The notes below the pieces were generated by a model. The model was given only the letters and a program-made list of their open reading frames with translations. It was not told the DNA's origin and did not search any database. From the human T2T-CHM13v2.0 reference genome, Homo sapiens, in assembly GCF_009914755.1 (NCBI RefSeq), contig NC_060926.1: a stretch of 64,000 nucleotides of DNA, one strand, 5' to 3'. The first letter of the stretch is position 1; the number at the start of each line of letters is the position of its first letter. Position numbers and translations under genes: made by a program. This document shows, in pieces, positions 37,991-52,394 of this stretch.

Positions 37991-38589
37991 CAGCTATAAT
38001 AGTGGCTCTGACCAGATCCAAGGTGACCAGCAGAGAAGCAGCAACACAGTAGGATGTGGCAAAAATGAAGAAAGCCCAGAAGCTCAGGCATGCTGAAGCA
38101 GAGATGGATTTCCCTTTTCTCATGGGCCACCCCCCACCATACTCCCGGCAGCCTAAAACATAGCTCTTCTATAGCCAGCTGGGGTTAAGGGCCACTTTTA
38201 CAGTTTAAAATGCTTGAAATATAGCTGGTGGTAATGGAGGATTTGCTTTATTAGTTCATTTTTATGTATGAGAGAAACTGTAATAGAAAAAAAATCAGTG
38301 TGCATCTTTTTTCAATTTGAGTCCAAGAGATTTTTGGCATTAAAGCTTTTTCAGTTTCAAATGTTCCAACTCTGGCTGTATTTATGTGATGCCAAACCAA
38401 CTAGTTGAAAAATTACAAGTATGGGAAATTAGCCAAGTCTTTTGTCTACAAACTGCCAACCAACCAGGTTGCCTAATTTTTTTTTCTTCACTGAATTGTC
38501 CCATCATTCAACTGAATTGACTGACAATGGCCTGCGAGATGCAAACAAAGCAGAAAATCTGTTTTGTATAATTCAAAGTATTGATTCAT

Positions 38590-39265
38590 TGTTGTCTGGT
38601 AGAATATGCTCATTGTAGAGAATACATATAATACAGAAAATATCAGAAAACAAAAATCACCCAAAGTCCTATCATGCACAAATATTGATATATACCCTTG
38701 CAGGATTTTCATGCATGTAGACATATGTCACAAAACTGGAATAATGCTCTAAATATGATTTTATCAGATTTTTCTCTTTTTACTTAATGGTATATTATAA
38801 ACATATTACTAAATATTTTTTAAAACCATTTTTTTTTGCATGTCTTTCCCATATATGAATGTACCATCATTTATTTCACCAATCTCCTATGGGTGGGCAT
38901 TTGGGTTATTTCCAATTTTGGGCTATTATAAAAATTCAGTAATAAACCTTTCTTGAAATATAAATTTTTGTGTGTACCTCTGATTATTACATTGGTACAC
39001 AACTTTAAATAGAATATTTTCAAACTCTTAATCAACATTGCCAAAACCTCCCATCAACATGGTTGTAGCAAAAATTATAGCAGATTTATATCCTCACATA
39101 CAAGCATGTTTATAAGAATTTCCCCTCCGTTCTCCTGCCAATTTTTAATCTTTGCCAGTTTGATAAATGAGAAAAATTATATTTCATTGCTTTATTTATA
39201 GTTCTTAAATTACTAATGAGAATAGACATTTTTCATTTTTATTGGCCATATGTATTTTTTGTGAT
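38590..39265 (-). mobile_element. L1ME (ME4-like) 3' fragment
   Basis: atgtaccatcatttatttcaccaatctcctatgggtgggcatttgggttatttccaatttt..gctattataaa. Confidence 0.85.
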
Positions 39266-39270
39266 CATTC

Positions 39271-39362
39271 TTTTATTATTATTTTATTTTAGATTCAGGG
39301 GGTCCATGTGCAGGTTTGTTACAGAAATATATTTCATAATAATGAGGTTTGGGCTTCTATTT
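39271..39362 (-). mobile_element. Old L1PA/L1PB extreme 3' end
   Basis: agattcagggggtccatgtgcaggtttgttaca..gaggtttgggcttcta after a T-rich tail. Confidence 0.8.
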
Positions 39363-40814
39363 CTAAATGCTTTCTCTTCAAAATGAGGAAATGCAAATAA
39401 CAGCAGAAGATTAACATAATGTTTTTAAGTTTCCATCTCCAGAAAATCAAAGAAAGCACTTTAATAAATGTTTTTCTCTTCTTCAGAAGGACACTAAAAT
39501 AGGAAGCTTTCCTCATTTTCCCTTGTAGCAATTGTTTTTGAATTTACTAATTAAGTTCTAATTTAAGAAATTTAATAAGGTGCTAGAGCTAAGCTGAAGA
39601 AGTTTAGAAAGATAAAATTTCTGCCCAGTGGGTTTGGGTTTTGGATAATGTGGATTCGAGAGTGTCATGTCTGATGTCCGCCTTAGGCTTATCTTTTGAA
39701 TGCTGTTTCCTGTTACCTTCCCAGAAAGGGGTGTGGAAAAGTGATTGAAGCTTGAAAATACTGAAGCCATTAGTAGAAGTTCCATCTCCTGAAAGTGGTG
39801 ATTCTGAAATTATATAAGGCAAAATTAACAATTATGCTTAATTACTTTCACTCATGTGTTCATTAAAATCAAGTGCTGTCAGCCCATTCGTTATTACGGA
39901 GTCGTAACCTTGATATGGTCATTTCCTTCTATTTTGCCTAAATTTCCTTTCCTTGTGCCAAAATAAGCAGAACACATGCTCACCTATAAAATGCAAAATC
40001 TTGCGATATTTTTAAAAGAAAAGACTACATTGCCTTAATAGATCCTTTCTTGAGATTTCATTTTACTTTGTAGATAATGTATCTTTTTGCTACTTTGCTA
40101 TAAATTTTAAACAAGGAAAAGTATCAAAATCAGCACATGGCTAGTGTGTATGGGCCCAGGTCCTATAAATAACTATGCCAGCTAGTCCTAATGTGGAAAA
40201 ATGGAAAACCAGATCCTGTTAACAAAAGGAAAATTCCATTTTTCATACATGGTACTGCTCTTATTCCTCGCCCAGTGAAAAACAAGCACTTTCCTTTTCT
40301 CCGTGTGTATTACATTAATGTGTTGGCAATACAGGTGTTTCAATCTTTATAGTAAAGGCAACAAATCTATCACCATACTCACTTCACATAAAAGCTTGGT
40401 CTCTGCAGAAGCAAATTTGTACCATCTTCTATCTTCTCTCTTACATTCCCCCCTGACTCCCCCTCTTTCCTAAACTGCTTGATACTGAAATGGAGGTCTT
40501 GCCTAGAGGTCTCCAACTCAGGCCACAAATGGGCAGAACCCATTATTTAGATAGGACTTAGCCAATGAGCACCACCAGACTAGTAGAAAAATCAGGAGGA
40601 AACATGAACGAGAGAAGGTAGTGAAAGGGAACCTGATTTTAACTAGCTCTGTCTTTGGGGGAGGTATCTTTGGACAGCTCCCTCTACATTTGATGTATTC
40701 CTTTTGTCACACTCTATGGAATAATTTCCTTTAATAGAGCAGGACTCCTTAAGACAAAGGAAAGTTAAAGAATTACTCCCGTAGGCAGGAAAGAACTTTG
40801 ACCACCACTATATT

Positions 40815-42583
40815 TTCTCCAAAATTTTATTATGAAAATTATCAATCATATAATAATGCTGAAAGAATTTTACAGCAGACACCTATATACCCACCATGTA
40901 GTTTTACCATTGATATTTATTCTACTTGATCATGTATCTATCTATCTAAGCCTTATCCATCATTAATCCACTTGTTTTTATGCATTTCAAAATAAATTGC
41001 AGATCTCAGTATATATCCCCCTGAATACTTCACCCTGTGTCTTATTAAGTAGAGTTCCATTTTTGTTTACAGTTTTTTTATTTGATATAAAGTGTACATA
41101 GAGTGAAACACACAGATCTTAAATGTACATTTGTGGCATACTTCAAATGCATATGCCTGTGTGAACTGAAGGCCTAACAAGATTTAGAAAATTATCATCA
41201 TCCCAGAAAGTTTCTTCATACTCCTTCCCAGACATCCTGCCTGTCCTTGAAGCAGCAACTGTTTTGAGTCTTTCCTATCATGGATTTGCTTTGCCTGTTA
41301 TAGAATGTAACATAAAAGAACTCATATGGTATGTTCTCTGGTGTGTAGGGCTTTTTTCACTCAGGATAATGTTTTTGAGATTCATCTAACATTCAGTATT
41401 TTGTTCCTTTTTATTGTGTAGTAGCAAATTGTATGCCATAGTTTATTATCCAGTTTGCCATCAACGGATATCTGAGCTGTTTCCAGTTTGGCTATTATGA
41501 TAAAGCTGCTGTGAATGTTACCATAATGTATTTTGTAAACATAAGTTTTCATTTTCTTTGAGTGAATTCCTAGAAGTGGCCTTTTTCAGTGACAGGAAAG
41601 GTGAATGCTTAGTTTTATAAGAAACTGCCTGCAGCCAACAGACACATGAAAAAAAGCTCATCATCACTGGTCATCAGAGAAATGCAAATCAAAACTATAA
41701 TGAGATACCATCTCATGCCGGTTAGAATGGCGATCATTAAGAAGTCAGGAAACAACAGATGCTGGAGAGGATGTGGAGAAGTAGGAACGCTTTTACACTG
41801 TTGGTGGGAGTGTAAATTAGTTCAACCATTGTGGAAGACAGTGTGGTGATTCCTCAAGGATCTAGAACTAGAAATACCATTTGACTCAGCAATCCTATTA
41901 CTGGGTATATACCCAAAGGATTATAAATCATGCTACTATAAAGACACATGCACACGTATGTTTATTGCGGCACCATTCACAATAGCAAAGACTTGGAACC
42001 AACCCAAATGTCCATCAATGATAGAATGGATTAAGAAAATGTGGCACATATACACCATGGAATACTATGCAGCCATAAAAAAGGACGAGTTCATGTCCTT
42101 TGCATGGACATGGATGATGCTGGAAACCATCATTCTGAGCAAACTATCACAAGGACAGAAAACCAAACACTGCATGTTCTCACTCATAGGTGGGGAGTGA
42201 ACAATGAAAACACTTGGACACAGGGTGGGGAACATCACACACTGGTGCCTGTCAGAGTCTGGGGGGCTGGGAGAGGGATAGTATTAGGAAAAATACCTAA
42301 CATAAATGACGAGTTAATGGGTGCAGCAAACCAACATGGCATATCTATACCTATGTATCAAACCTACATGTTATGCACATGTACCCTAGAATTTAAAGTA
42401 TTAAAAAAGAAAAGAAAAGAAAAGAAAAGGAAAGAAAAGAAAAGAAACTGCTGTTTTCCAAAGAGGTTGCACCATTTTACATTCCTGCCAACCACAAACA
42501 GATGAAAGTTTCAGGTGCCCCACATCCTCAGCAACATTTGGTGTTGTCATTCTTTTTAACTCTGGCTGTTCTATTGCATATGG
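40815..42583 (-). mobile_element. L1ME1/ME2-type 3' part, split by an L1PA insertion
   Basis: cactcaggataatgtttttgagattcatc; continues after the insertion with ctgttttccaaagaggttgcaccattttacattcc. Confidence 0.85.
41629..42441 (+). mobile_element. L1PA6/7-type 5'-truncated copy (dead ORF2 C-terminus plus 3' UTR)
   Basis: ORF track shows ORF2 Cys-rich end ([30 protein letters not shown]; WNQPKCPS); (AAAAG)n tail; TSD aagaaactgc (41619-28, 42442-51). Confidence 0.97.
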
Positions 42584-42809
42584 CCACCATTATATATTTA
42601 TATATGTCTGTTTAAACCTAACCTCAATGCTATTGATGCTTAGAATTTCTAGCTGTTCTCTGTCACCTTGGAGAAACAATGGCTCATTAGCTTTGGGCAA
42701 GTTCATCTCTTTCTTGCTGTTTGGTACTGAGGTGATGGACATAGAGTATAAAATAAAAATACATAAATAGCAAAGCATGGTAATATTAACAAATTGCGCA
42801 ACAGAAGCC

Positions 42810-43030
42810 TAATAACATTATTGGCTACTATCGTATAGAGAGTGTATTATGCACCATGTATGCTGCTAAGCCCTTTATACAAGTTTTTGTCATTTATTTT
42901 TTTCAACAATCGTATGGAATAGTGGATAGTAAGTATACCATCCCAAATTACAAATGAAGAAACTGAAACTCGAATGTTAAAAAAAAAAAAAAAGCCCATG
43001 GTCACACTGCTACCAGAGGTTTGCCTGATC
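42810..43030 (-). mobile_element. MIR
   Basis: ccatcccaaattacaaatgaagaaactgaaactc..gcccatggtcacac. Confidence 0.8.
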
Positions 43031-43786
43031 CACAGAGAGAAGGGATTGAAGAGGGCAACTAAATGTATTTAACTTAAGTAATAAATAAGATGTGTATATT
43101 TTCTGCCAACTGGTAAAGATGTTCATAATTTCAGTGACCCTCAAAAGGGAAAGTGGAGGAAAGAAAGTGTTTTTCTTCAGCATTACCTGCAGTATTCACA
43201 CAACACTGAGTTAATTCATTAAAAGACCTCTGCATAACCCCTTAATGGGTAATTCAGCTTTCATAGAGTTCATTGTCTTTTACTTTCTTTTGTTTGCTTC
43301 ACAGATGGAGTACTTTATAATGCCTATGAAAAATTTTCCATCTGGATTAGATCAACTTCAAATGGAAGACAAAGAGAGAGGTAAATGCTCCTGTGTTTCC
43401 ACGGGGATCGTCAGGATAGGAAGACTTTTCCAAAAACAACACAAGCTTGGTCTCATAAATTGGGCAACAGGGAGAGCTAGTGCAATGAATAATAATCACT
43501 TATGGACTTTTTCTTTGGTAGCTTCAGACTGGGTCTTCCCCAGATAGTATGAGGCCTTTGTAAGATGGCTGTGGTGACAGCCAATGAGCTGTCAGCTGGA
43601 TATTCCTTCACTGGAGTTCTTACTTTCATCTGCTCATATTCCATATTTATCTTAATGTCATTCTTCTCTATGTGATTATTGCAGAGATACTGCATTTTAA
43701 TGACATTTTAACCTAACTTCATTCATTTAATGCTCACAATGGCTCTTCAATGGGGAATAAGAAGGAAAACTGAGATGCAGAAAGTT

Positions 43787-43990
43787 CATTCATTCACTTA
43801 TTCAACATTTAAAGATCCCCACAGAGCTGAAAAGGACAGTCTTTTTCTTTAAAAAGCTTATGATTATGGATAGAGACAGATATATTAATAGATGATTACC
43901 TTCAAATGTGAAAAGTGCTACACGAGATTTAAGTAAAGAGTGTTAGGGAAGCAGAGGCAAATGGATGACTAAGGTTGGGTTATTTGGTAT
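43787..43990 (-). mobile_element. L2 3' end
   Basis: ttcattcattcacttattcaacattta..aagtgcta..agagtgttagggaagcagag. Confidence 0.65.
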
Positions 43991-46491
43991 TGATAGGAAG
44001 GTAAGTCTATAGATACCAGGTGGGCTGATTCTTTGACTAATGCTTCTTTCATTAACAAAAATAGAGTTTACCCTCCATAATTTTTTAAAAATACACACCT
44101 TGCTCTCAAAAATATCTAAGGAGCTTACAAAAAGTTATATATAATATGAATTATTTGTACATGAATTTGAACTTCTTTAAAGTGGATCCATGATGCTGTG
44201 CCTTCAAACAAACCTGAAAGGTGTTTTTCTTCTCTCCTTTTCTTACATTTTTTCTCATCAGCCTGCACACAAGGATGGCTAGGCCCACCCCATGATGCCA
44301 AGGTGCATGGGAAAGTTTCCAAGGAAAAGAGTTATGGCTGCCCCATTACCCATGTTATCCCTTCCTCCAATAGCTAACATGCAAACAAGTGTGGAAGTCC
44401 CCATAGGCCAAAAGAGATGTGTCCCACTGCCCCTCAGCTGTGTCTAATCCTGATCCACATATCCCCTCCCCTCAATTCCAAGATTCTTCATTTTTCAAAT
44501 GTTGTCATTAGACAGTCTTTACTTTATTTCTAATGTCTTTCCAGGGCAGGCCTGAAGGGTGAACAAGATTGGGGGAGAGGTGATGAAGAGCCATTTATTT
44601 TACCAGTAGGACCCCAGGGACTATTTCATGTGTATTCATTTTCATAATCCTTCATGGAAATGGCTTTAGTTACTTGGCATTTTCCTTTAAAAGTTAGTAG
44701 CAATCTACTTTCTATTGCTTGGGATAGGCTATTCAAGTAAGGAGACAGAAAAGGAGGAGGAGGAGGAAAATGGGGAGAAGGAGAAGGAGGAAGAAAGACC
44801 AACACAGACACTCTGAAAAAAAGAAAAGAAGAGTAGGGATTCAATGTAGTAAAATCTCATGACAGTTTTGGATGAGATTTGGACATAGTACTTTATCTGT
44901 TGAACTAAATTAAGCCAAATGAGAACAAGCTGTTACTGAGCTTTGAACTAAAATGTTCAATTTTTGCTATCCTTCACCTCTTTCCTTAGAAGATGAATGT
45001 GTTAAAAATAGCTCCTCTTTCCTTAAAGGAGGTACCTGTTTTATTTTCCAATCTAATCTTCCATCCATCTTCACTTCCTATCTGTCTTAGAGCTTTGAGA
45101 AATGTCTTGCTGCCTAGAAAAGCCCATTCCCTCAACTTGCCATCAGTTTCCCATTCCATTCATTTAGGCTTCAGTCACTTGCATTATGGGAAGCTATTGT
45201 AGCTTAACTATCGTATCAGACAAACTCCAATTCCAGTCATAAACTATATGCTGGATTCACTCTTTACATTCATGGAAAATCATTTAAAAAATGGTGTTTG
45301 GAACATTCTGCTGGCACTTCAAGCTCCATTTCTGGTATGTTTCAACAAAAAATATATTTGTGGATTCTTTTTCTCTTACACCTCCCTTTTCCCTCCCGCC
45401 TTAAAAAAGTTGGAGATTTTGTAAGTTAAATTAATGCTTGATGTAATTTCCTGTAATAGAAGGCACAGGCTCCAGCACTAACTATCCTTTCATGGAAAAA
45501 CAGCTCATTGCCCCTGGATGTGGAGTCACACCGTTGAATTATGAGTCTGGATCATTGCTGAGTGGATCACTTTGGAGCCAGAAATCAGAGTGGTAGCAGG
45601 AGAAAAGAGTTGGCAACTGGAGGGGAGGGAAAGGGTTTGTTGGGAATGAGTGCCAGGACAATGTTTAAGGACAACAGAAATGCAGTGGAGAAAAGGGAAG
45701 GACACTTAAGTTACCTAGAAATAACTAAGAAGCCAGGAGAGATCCAGACTGTACTGGGTTAGAGCCTGCCATGCAGCAATTTAATTTCCAATATTATCGA
45801 TAAGTGGAAAATTTCTGGGTTGTAATGCTTTTGAAAAGATAATGCAAGCCATGGTCTTTGGGATGTCAGGAGGACAAATAAGCAGATGAGGCAAAGGAAT
45901 TCTGTATGTGAGATGAGTTAAAAGCAATCTGTATCCATTTGTAGGTCTGTGCTTATATGTCTTTCCAAACGCATCTCTAATCTCTTAGGTCTGGAAATTA
46001 AGTCTACATGCCAAACTTTCCTGTGTTGGTTTACCTGTCTATCCTGATTTAGGTGAGGCTAGATTGCTGTGCAAACAGAACTTATCTTGTGGTGAATGAT
46101 TATGGTTTGCACTGTTTCCCGACTCAGCCTAAATGCAAGTACAGAGGCATTCAGTGAAGTTACTGTGGTTAGCTCTCCTAAACTTTCAGAGACTTCAGGT
46201 TTAAGTGGGGCCGATATTTGAATAAAGGGTCAAATAGGTGGTACAGGCCTCTTTTGAAATAATCTTAAACTAAATTTTACAGTTTAAGGTAAGATATGAT
46301 CATATGGAGTGCTTATTGTGTCCTTGTTACCCAAAGAGCAGCAAGAAATAAATTAGACCACACAGGGAGGTATGTGTAGGTTAAGAAGGGCACAGATAAA
46401 TTTGGGACAGAAGTGAATCTTTAATCCATGTTATTTAACTTAACACTCTTTTCTAAAGATTATTTGCTTCCTGAAGACATAGGTGCTATAC

Positions 46492-46492
<1 letters not shown>

Positions 46493-46522
<30 letters not shown>
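46493..46522 (+). repeat. Poly(A)30
   Basis: Uninterrupted A run followed by gaagaaaaag. Confidence 0.97.
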
Positions 46523-46531
<9 letters not shown>

Positions 46532-46706
46532 GATAGTTGTGGTAGAATAAACAATGACTTTACCTTTAGGGGAAAGAGAAATTTAGGTTTCTGAAACACT
46601 AAAGGAGACATAAACATTGGGAGAATAATGAATTCCTGTGCAGCTCACCCAACAACTGAGCTGTAGTGTTACCCATATGCGGCAGTTCCATCCATCCACA
46701 CTACAG

Positions 46707-46912
46707 CAAGGTTTCTCAGCCCTGGCACTATTGTCACTTTGGACTGGATACTTCTTTGTTGTGGGGTGCCATTCTGATGTTGGCAGAATCTCTGGCTTCT
46801 ATCTACTAGTGACCAGTAGCACCTCCTACCTAAAAAATGGCAATGAAAAATGTCTTCAGGTATTGCTCAACATCCCCTCAGGGGCAAAAGGATCGCTGGT
46901 TAAGAACCACTG
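46707..46912 (-). mobile_element. MER20
   Basis: caaggtttctcagccctggcactattg...ggttaagaaccactg; TSD cactacag / tactagag (right copy displaced by the Alu). Confidence 0.9.
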
Positions 46913-46916
46913 TACT

Positions 46917-47264
<348 letters not shown>

Positions 47265-47543
47265 CTAGATACTAAATAATTAGACCTTTATTTAATAGTA
47301 TCTTAAGAAAAATGTAATGACAGACAAAATGGTGTTGTTGAAAAGGCAGGGTCAGGCAAGTGTGGATTCCAAGATTATTTTCTCTAAGTCACAGAGTTTG
47401 TCAAATGAGGGGCTCTGGAGATTGTGGATGGAATGTGAGAGACTGGAGGAGGAGAGAAAAGGGAAAACAACAAATGTTCAGTATAAAGAAATGGATACTC
47501 TTATTAAGAAAAATTCCATTTTTGTGTTTTCCTAAGGACACTT

Positions 47544-47593
47544 TGTGTGTGTGTGTGAGTGTGCGTGCACACGTGTGTGCACGTGTGTGTGTG
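47544..47593. repeat. (TG)n/(CA) alternating purine-pyrimidine tract
   Basis: tgtgtgtgtgtgtgagtgtgcgtgcacacgtgtgtgcacgtgtgtgtgtg. Confidence 0.95.
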
Positions 47594-47659
47594 ATGTATC
47601 TGTGGCTTATCCGAGCTTCTAGAATGTAATATCATCCATAGAGTAAATCACTTACGTCT

Positions 47660-47774
47660 CTTAATTTATTGGAATTATGAGTTGATTACCTACCACATAC
47701 CATGCACCGTGATAGGCACTGGGGATTCGATGGTGAGAAAACAGATTTGGTCCTTGCCTTCCTAATAATCTTCC
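47660..47774 (-). mobile_element. L2 3' end
   Basis: taggcactggggattcgatggtgagaaaacagatttggtccttgcct. Confidence 0.75.
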
Positions 47775-48321
47775 TGTTGGGCAATTGGTATTGTTGAGCA
47801 GACAACTATGACTGGGTAAATCTGCGAGTGTATAAACCTGGAGCACCACATACAGGTTTTGAGAAAAGCAATCTTCCAAGGCCTAGAGTGTCCACGTACA
47901 TTCTTTTTGAGTATGCCAAGAATGCAAGGCCCTGACCAATCTTTATCAGGACCACTTTTCAAGGTTATGTCTGCAGCAAGCAACCTTCAAGGATGAGGCA
48001 ATGTGTACCTCTGGAACAAAGAGCAGGCTTGCTTACTGCTTGCTATAAAACAGCAGGTTCCCAAGCCAGTATTTCTCTGTTGTACAACAACCTATATGTG
48101 CACAGCATTCACCCGAGCCTCTTCTTGTTGTCCCCAGAAGACTTGGGTTGGGGAGGGCGGGGGGGCAAAGGAAACTGACACTCATGCTGCTTGCTTTGCT
48201 GTGATTAATAAAGTCCTTTGTTTCTGACCCAGGAATCTCTAGTCTTCTTCTAACATCCATGAACCCAAAACAGGCAACCTTATCTTGTAAGCAGAGTAAA
48301 ATCAGATGCCAGATCCTGACA
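47775..48321 (+). mobile_element. LTR40 (b/c-type, ERVL) solo LTR
   Basis: tg...ca termini; gagtatgccaagaatgcaaggccctgac; caaagagcaggcttgcttactgcttgctataaaa; AATAAA 48207-48212. Confidence 0.82.
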
Positions 48322-48329
48322 GTGGGATC

Positions 48330-48600
48330 CAGTAAATGGGGCTTTAAAACAAGGGCAAGGAAAGGAGATTTTCAGAGTGACTATGAGGACAGACTTCAGT
48401 GCTTCATCTGAGTACTAGAGAGCAGCTAGTTCCAAGTGAAGCAGGAGAACTTGGCTCCAGGAGTGATCTCATTAAGGAAAAATGAAAAGGAGAAGTTCCT
48501 TGATATGCTTACACATAAAGAAAGGGGACTTACACATCTGGTGGAGACTTGGAGTATTAAGTATTTATAGATTTTACAAGTTCTCAGTTAATAAAAAAAA
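48330..48600 (+). mobile_element. HAL1-type fragment (5' part)
   Basis: gagagcagctagttccaagtgaagcagga..ctccaggag resembles recalled HAL1/L1M; 3' end resumes at 50455. Confidence 0.5.
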
Positions 48601-48604
48601 TGAT

Positions 48605-50452
<1,848 letters not shown>

Positions 50453-50454
50453 TA

Positions 50455-50930
50455 GAGGGGGAAAGTACAAAAATTACTAATATCAGGGAAAACAAAAAAT
50501 TTTACAAGAAAAAATTGTAATCTTAGTATACTATACAAAATAGATGTGAATAAAGCAAGTACAAATGATTGATTCAGCCAAAATTTCTGCTATAATTTAT
50601 GGAGAGGATGAGGGAAAAAGGAAAGAGAGAAGACAGAGAGATGAAGAGAAAGTCTGTTTTGCAGGAACAGAAAATATAACAGATTTAAATACTTATCTTC
50701 CTAAGTTGGAAATCAAAAGATATATCAAAAATGAAAAAACCCAGAAATAGCATGCTATTTAGAAATATGGAGATAAATACCAGAGCAAACACCTTAAAGA
50801 GTGGGAAGAGGAAATCAAGGGTGGAATCAGAGGCTGTGATTTTTTTTCATTATAAGCTTTGTAGAACTATTTGTTAAAGCTCTGCATGACATAACTTTGA
50901 TAACAATCAAAATGAAATAAAAGAAAACAA
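50455..50930 (+). mobile_element. HAL1 3' end
   Basis: tttagaaatatggagataaataccag..ttcattataagctttgtagaactatttg..actttgataa plus A-rich tail. Confidence 0.7.
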
Positions 50931-50974
50931 AGTGAAACCTGACAAACGACTTCAAAGTAAAAGCCATTGAAATT

Positions 50975-51210
50975 GGAGAAAAACAGTGGGCTGCAGTCCC
51001 CTAAAAACCAAGAAGAGAGTATATTTGGAGAAGCAGATGGTTATGGGAATGAAATGTTATTGAGATGTTAACCAAGATGAAAACTGAAAAGTGCTCATTG
51101 AATTGAGTGACAGTCATTGGTGACCTCAGTGAGGGAAGCTTTAGTGGAGTAGCAGGGGTGGGAGCAAGGAGGTGAGAAAATGAAGGAGTATATTTGAAAC
51201 TGCTTTGGAA
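50975..51210 (-). mobile_element. L2 fragment
   Basis: aagatgaaaactgaaaagtgctcattgaattgagtgacagtcattggtgacct. Confidence 0.75.
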
Positions 51211-51943
51211 AGAGCTGCACTTTATGTATATAATGTAATTTAGATTATTGATTTTCTAAGACTCATGAGCCGTTTCTGCATATGAACCTCACACTGATGT
51301 GTAAAAAGGGAAAAGAAGATAAATGAGCTTGCTTAACATTACATGAATCTTCTACCATACTTCTGGAACACAGGCTCAAAGGGGCTTGTGCAGTCCTGAA
51401 TGCTTAACCAAGAACCTTGAGAGCAAAACCACCTGGAAATCTGGGTTTGAATGGTCACAAGACTTCAGGGATGAAGCTTCACTGGGTATTCCCATCTAGT
51501 GATTATTTCTTTCATTTTCTACTCAAGTGAAGGGAAGATGGAGCCACTTAGAATGCATCATCCTTAACAAATAAAATATGATTAGATACCAAAACATATC
51601 ATCCACCTTCACAGTAATTAGTCTTTATGCGTATTAGCTCTGATTGCTTTTCATAGTAAAAAAGATTTTCTAATCACTTTCTAAATTTTACACACACATC
51701 AGAAGAACAGAAACTCAGGGGAATCCCTGCTTAACATGGAAAAAAAGAAAATTAAAAATTCAAAAGTAAGAAGAAGGTTTGCATATACTCACAAGGGAGA
51801 AAATAGAACATAAGCTATCTCATTATTATTATAAAATATGTTGCATTTCTGTGGGTTTATAACTCATAATTAAGGGCTACACTTTTTTTTCATATAAAAT
51901 AGCTCTACTTCCCATTCTCAAGAACAGAAAAGGTACAAAGGAC

Positions 51944-52079
51944 TTTTTTTTCTTTTTTTTTTTAAATTGACAAAGTCTCAGTGTGTTGTCCAGACTGGTC
52001 CTGAACTGGCTTCAAGTGATCCTCCTGCCTCTGCTTCCCAAAGTGCTGGGATTATAAGTGTGAGCCATCATGCCCAGCC
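51944..52079 (-). mobile_element. FLAM-C / left Alu monomer
   Basis: Single arm aagtgatcctcctgcctc..cccaaagtgctgggatta; TSD gtacaaagga/gtacaaagaa. Confidence 0.88.
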
Positions 52080-52394
52080 AGTACAAAGAATTTTTAAAAA
52101 GAAAGGAGAATGCAAGTTTCAGTTAGCAAGAACAGGAACATAATCTCTGGTTTAAAAGGTAGACTCTCAAGAAGAGAGAGCCTTATGCAAATGAGTTTGC
52201 AGAAGAAAGGCTATTTTGGAAACATAACTGGCATCTGAATGTCTGTCTCTCCAGGTGGCCTGTTCCCTTGACATAAATCTACTTGCTTTGAGTAACTTGT
52301 CTTTTCATAGATAGCCTGAGAATTACTTTCTTTGGAAAAAGCCCTACATTAGATATTCCCCTGGGATAAGTTCTCCATAAAATTTAGTGCAATC

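Noticed and set aside
41646-42505. ORFs of 67, 80 and 154 aa
   Set aside because: Fragments of dead, 5'-truncated L1 ORF2 and an off-frame reading
43998-44006. Perfect donor AAG|GTAAGT
   Set aside because: At the edge of an L2 remnant with only a weak upstream acceptor; not enough to call an exon
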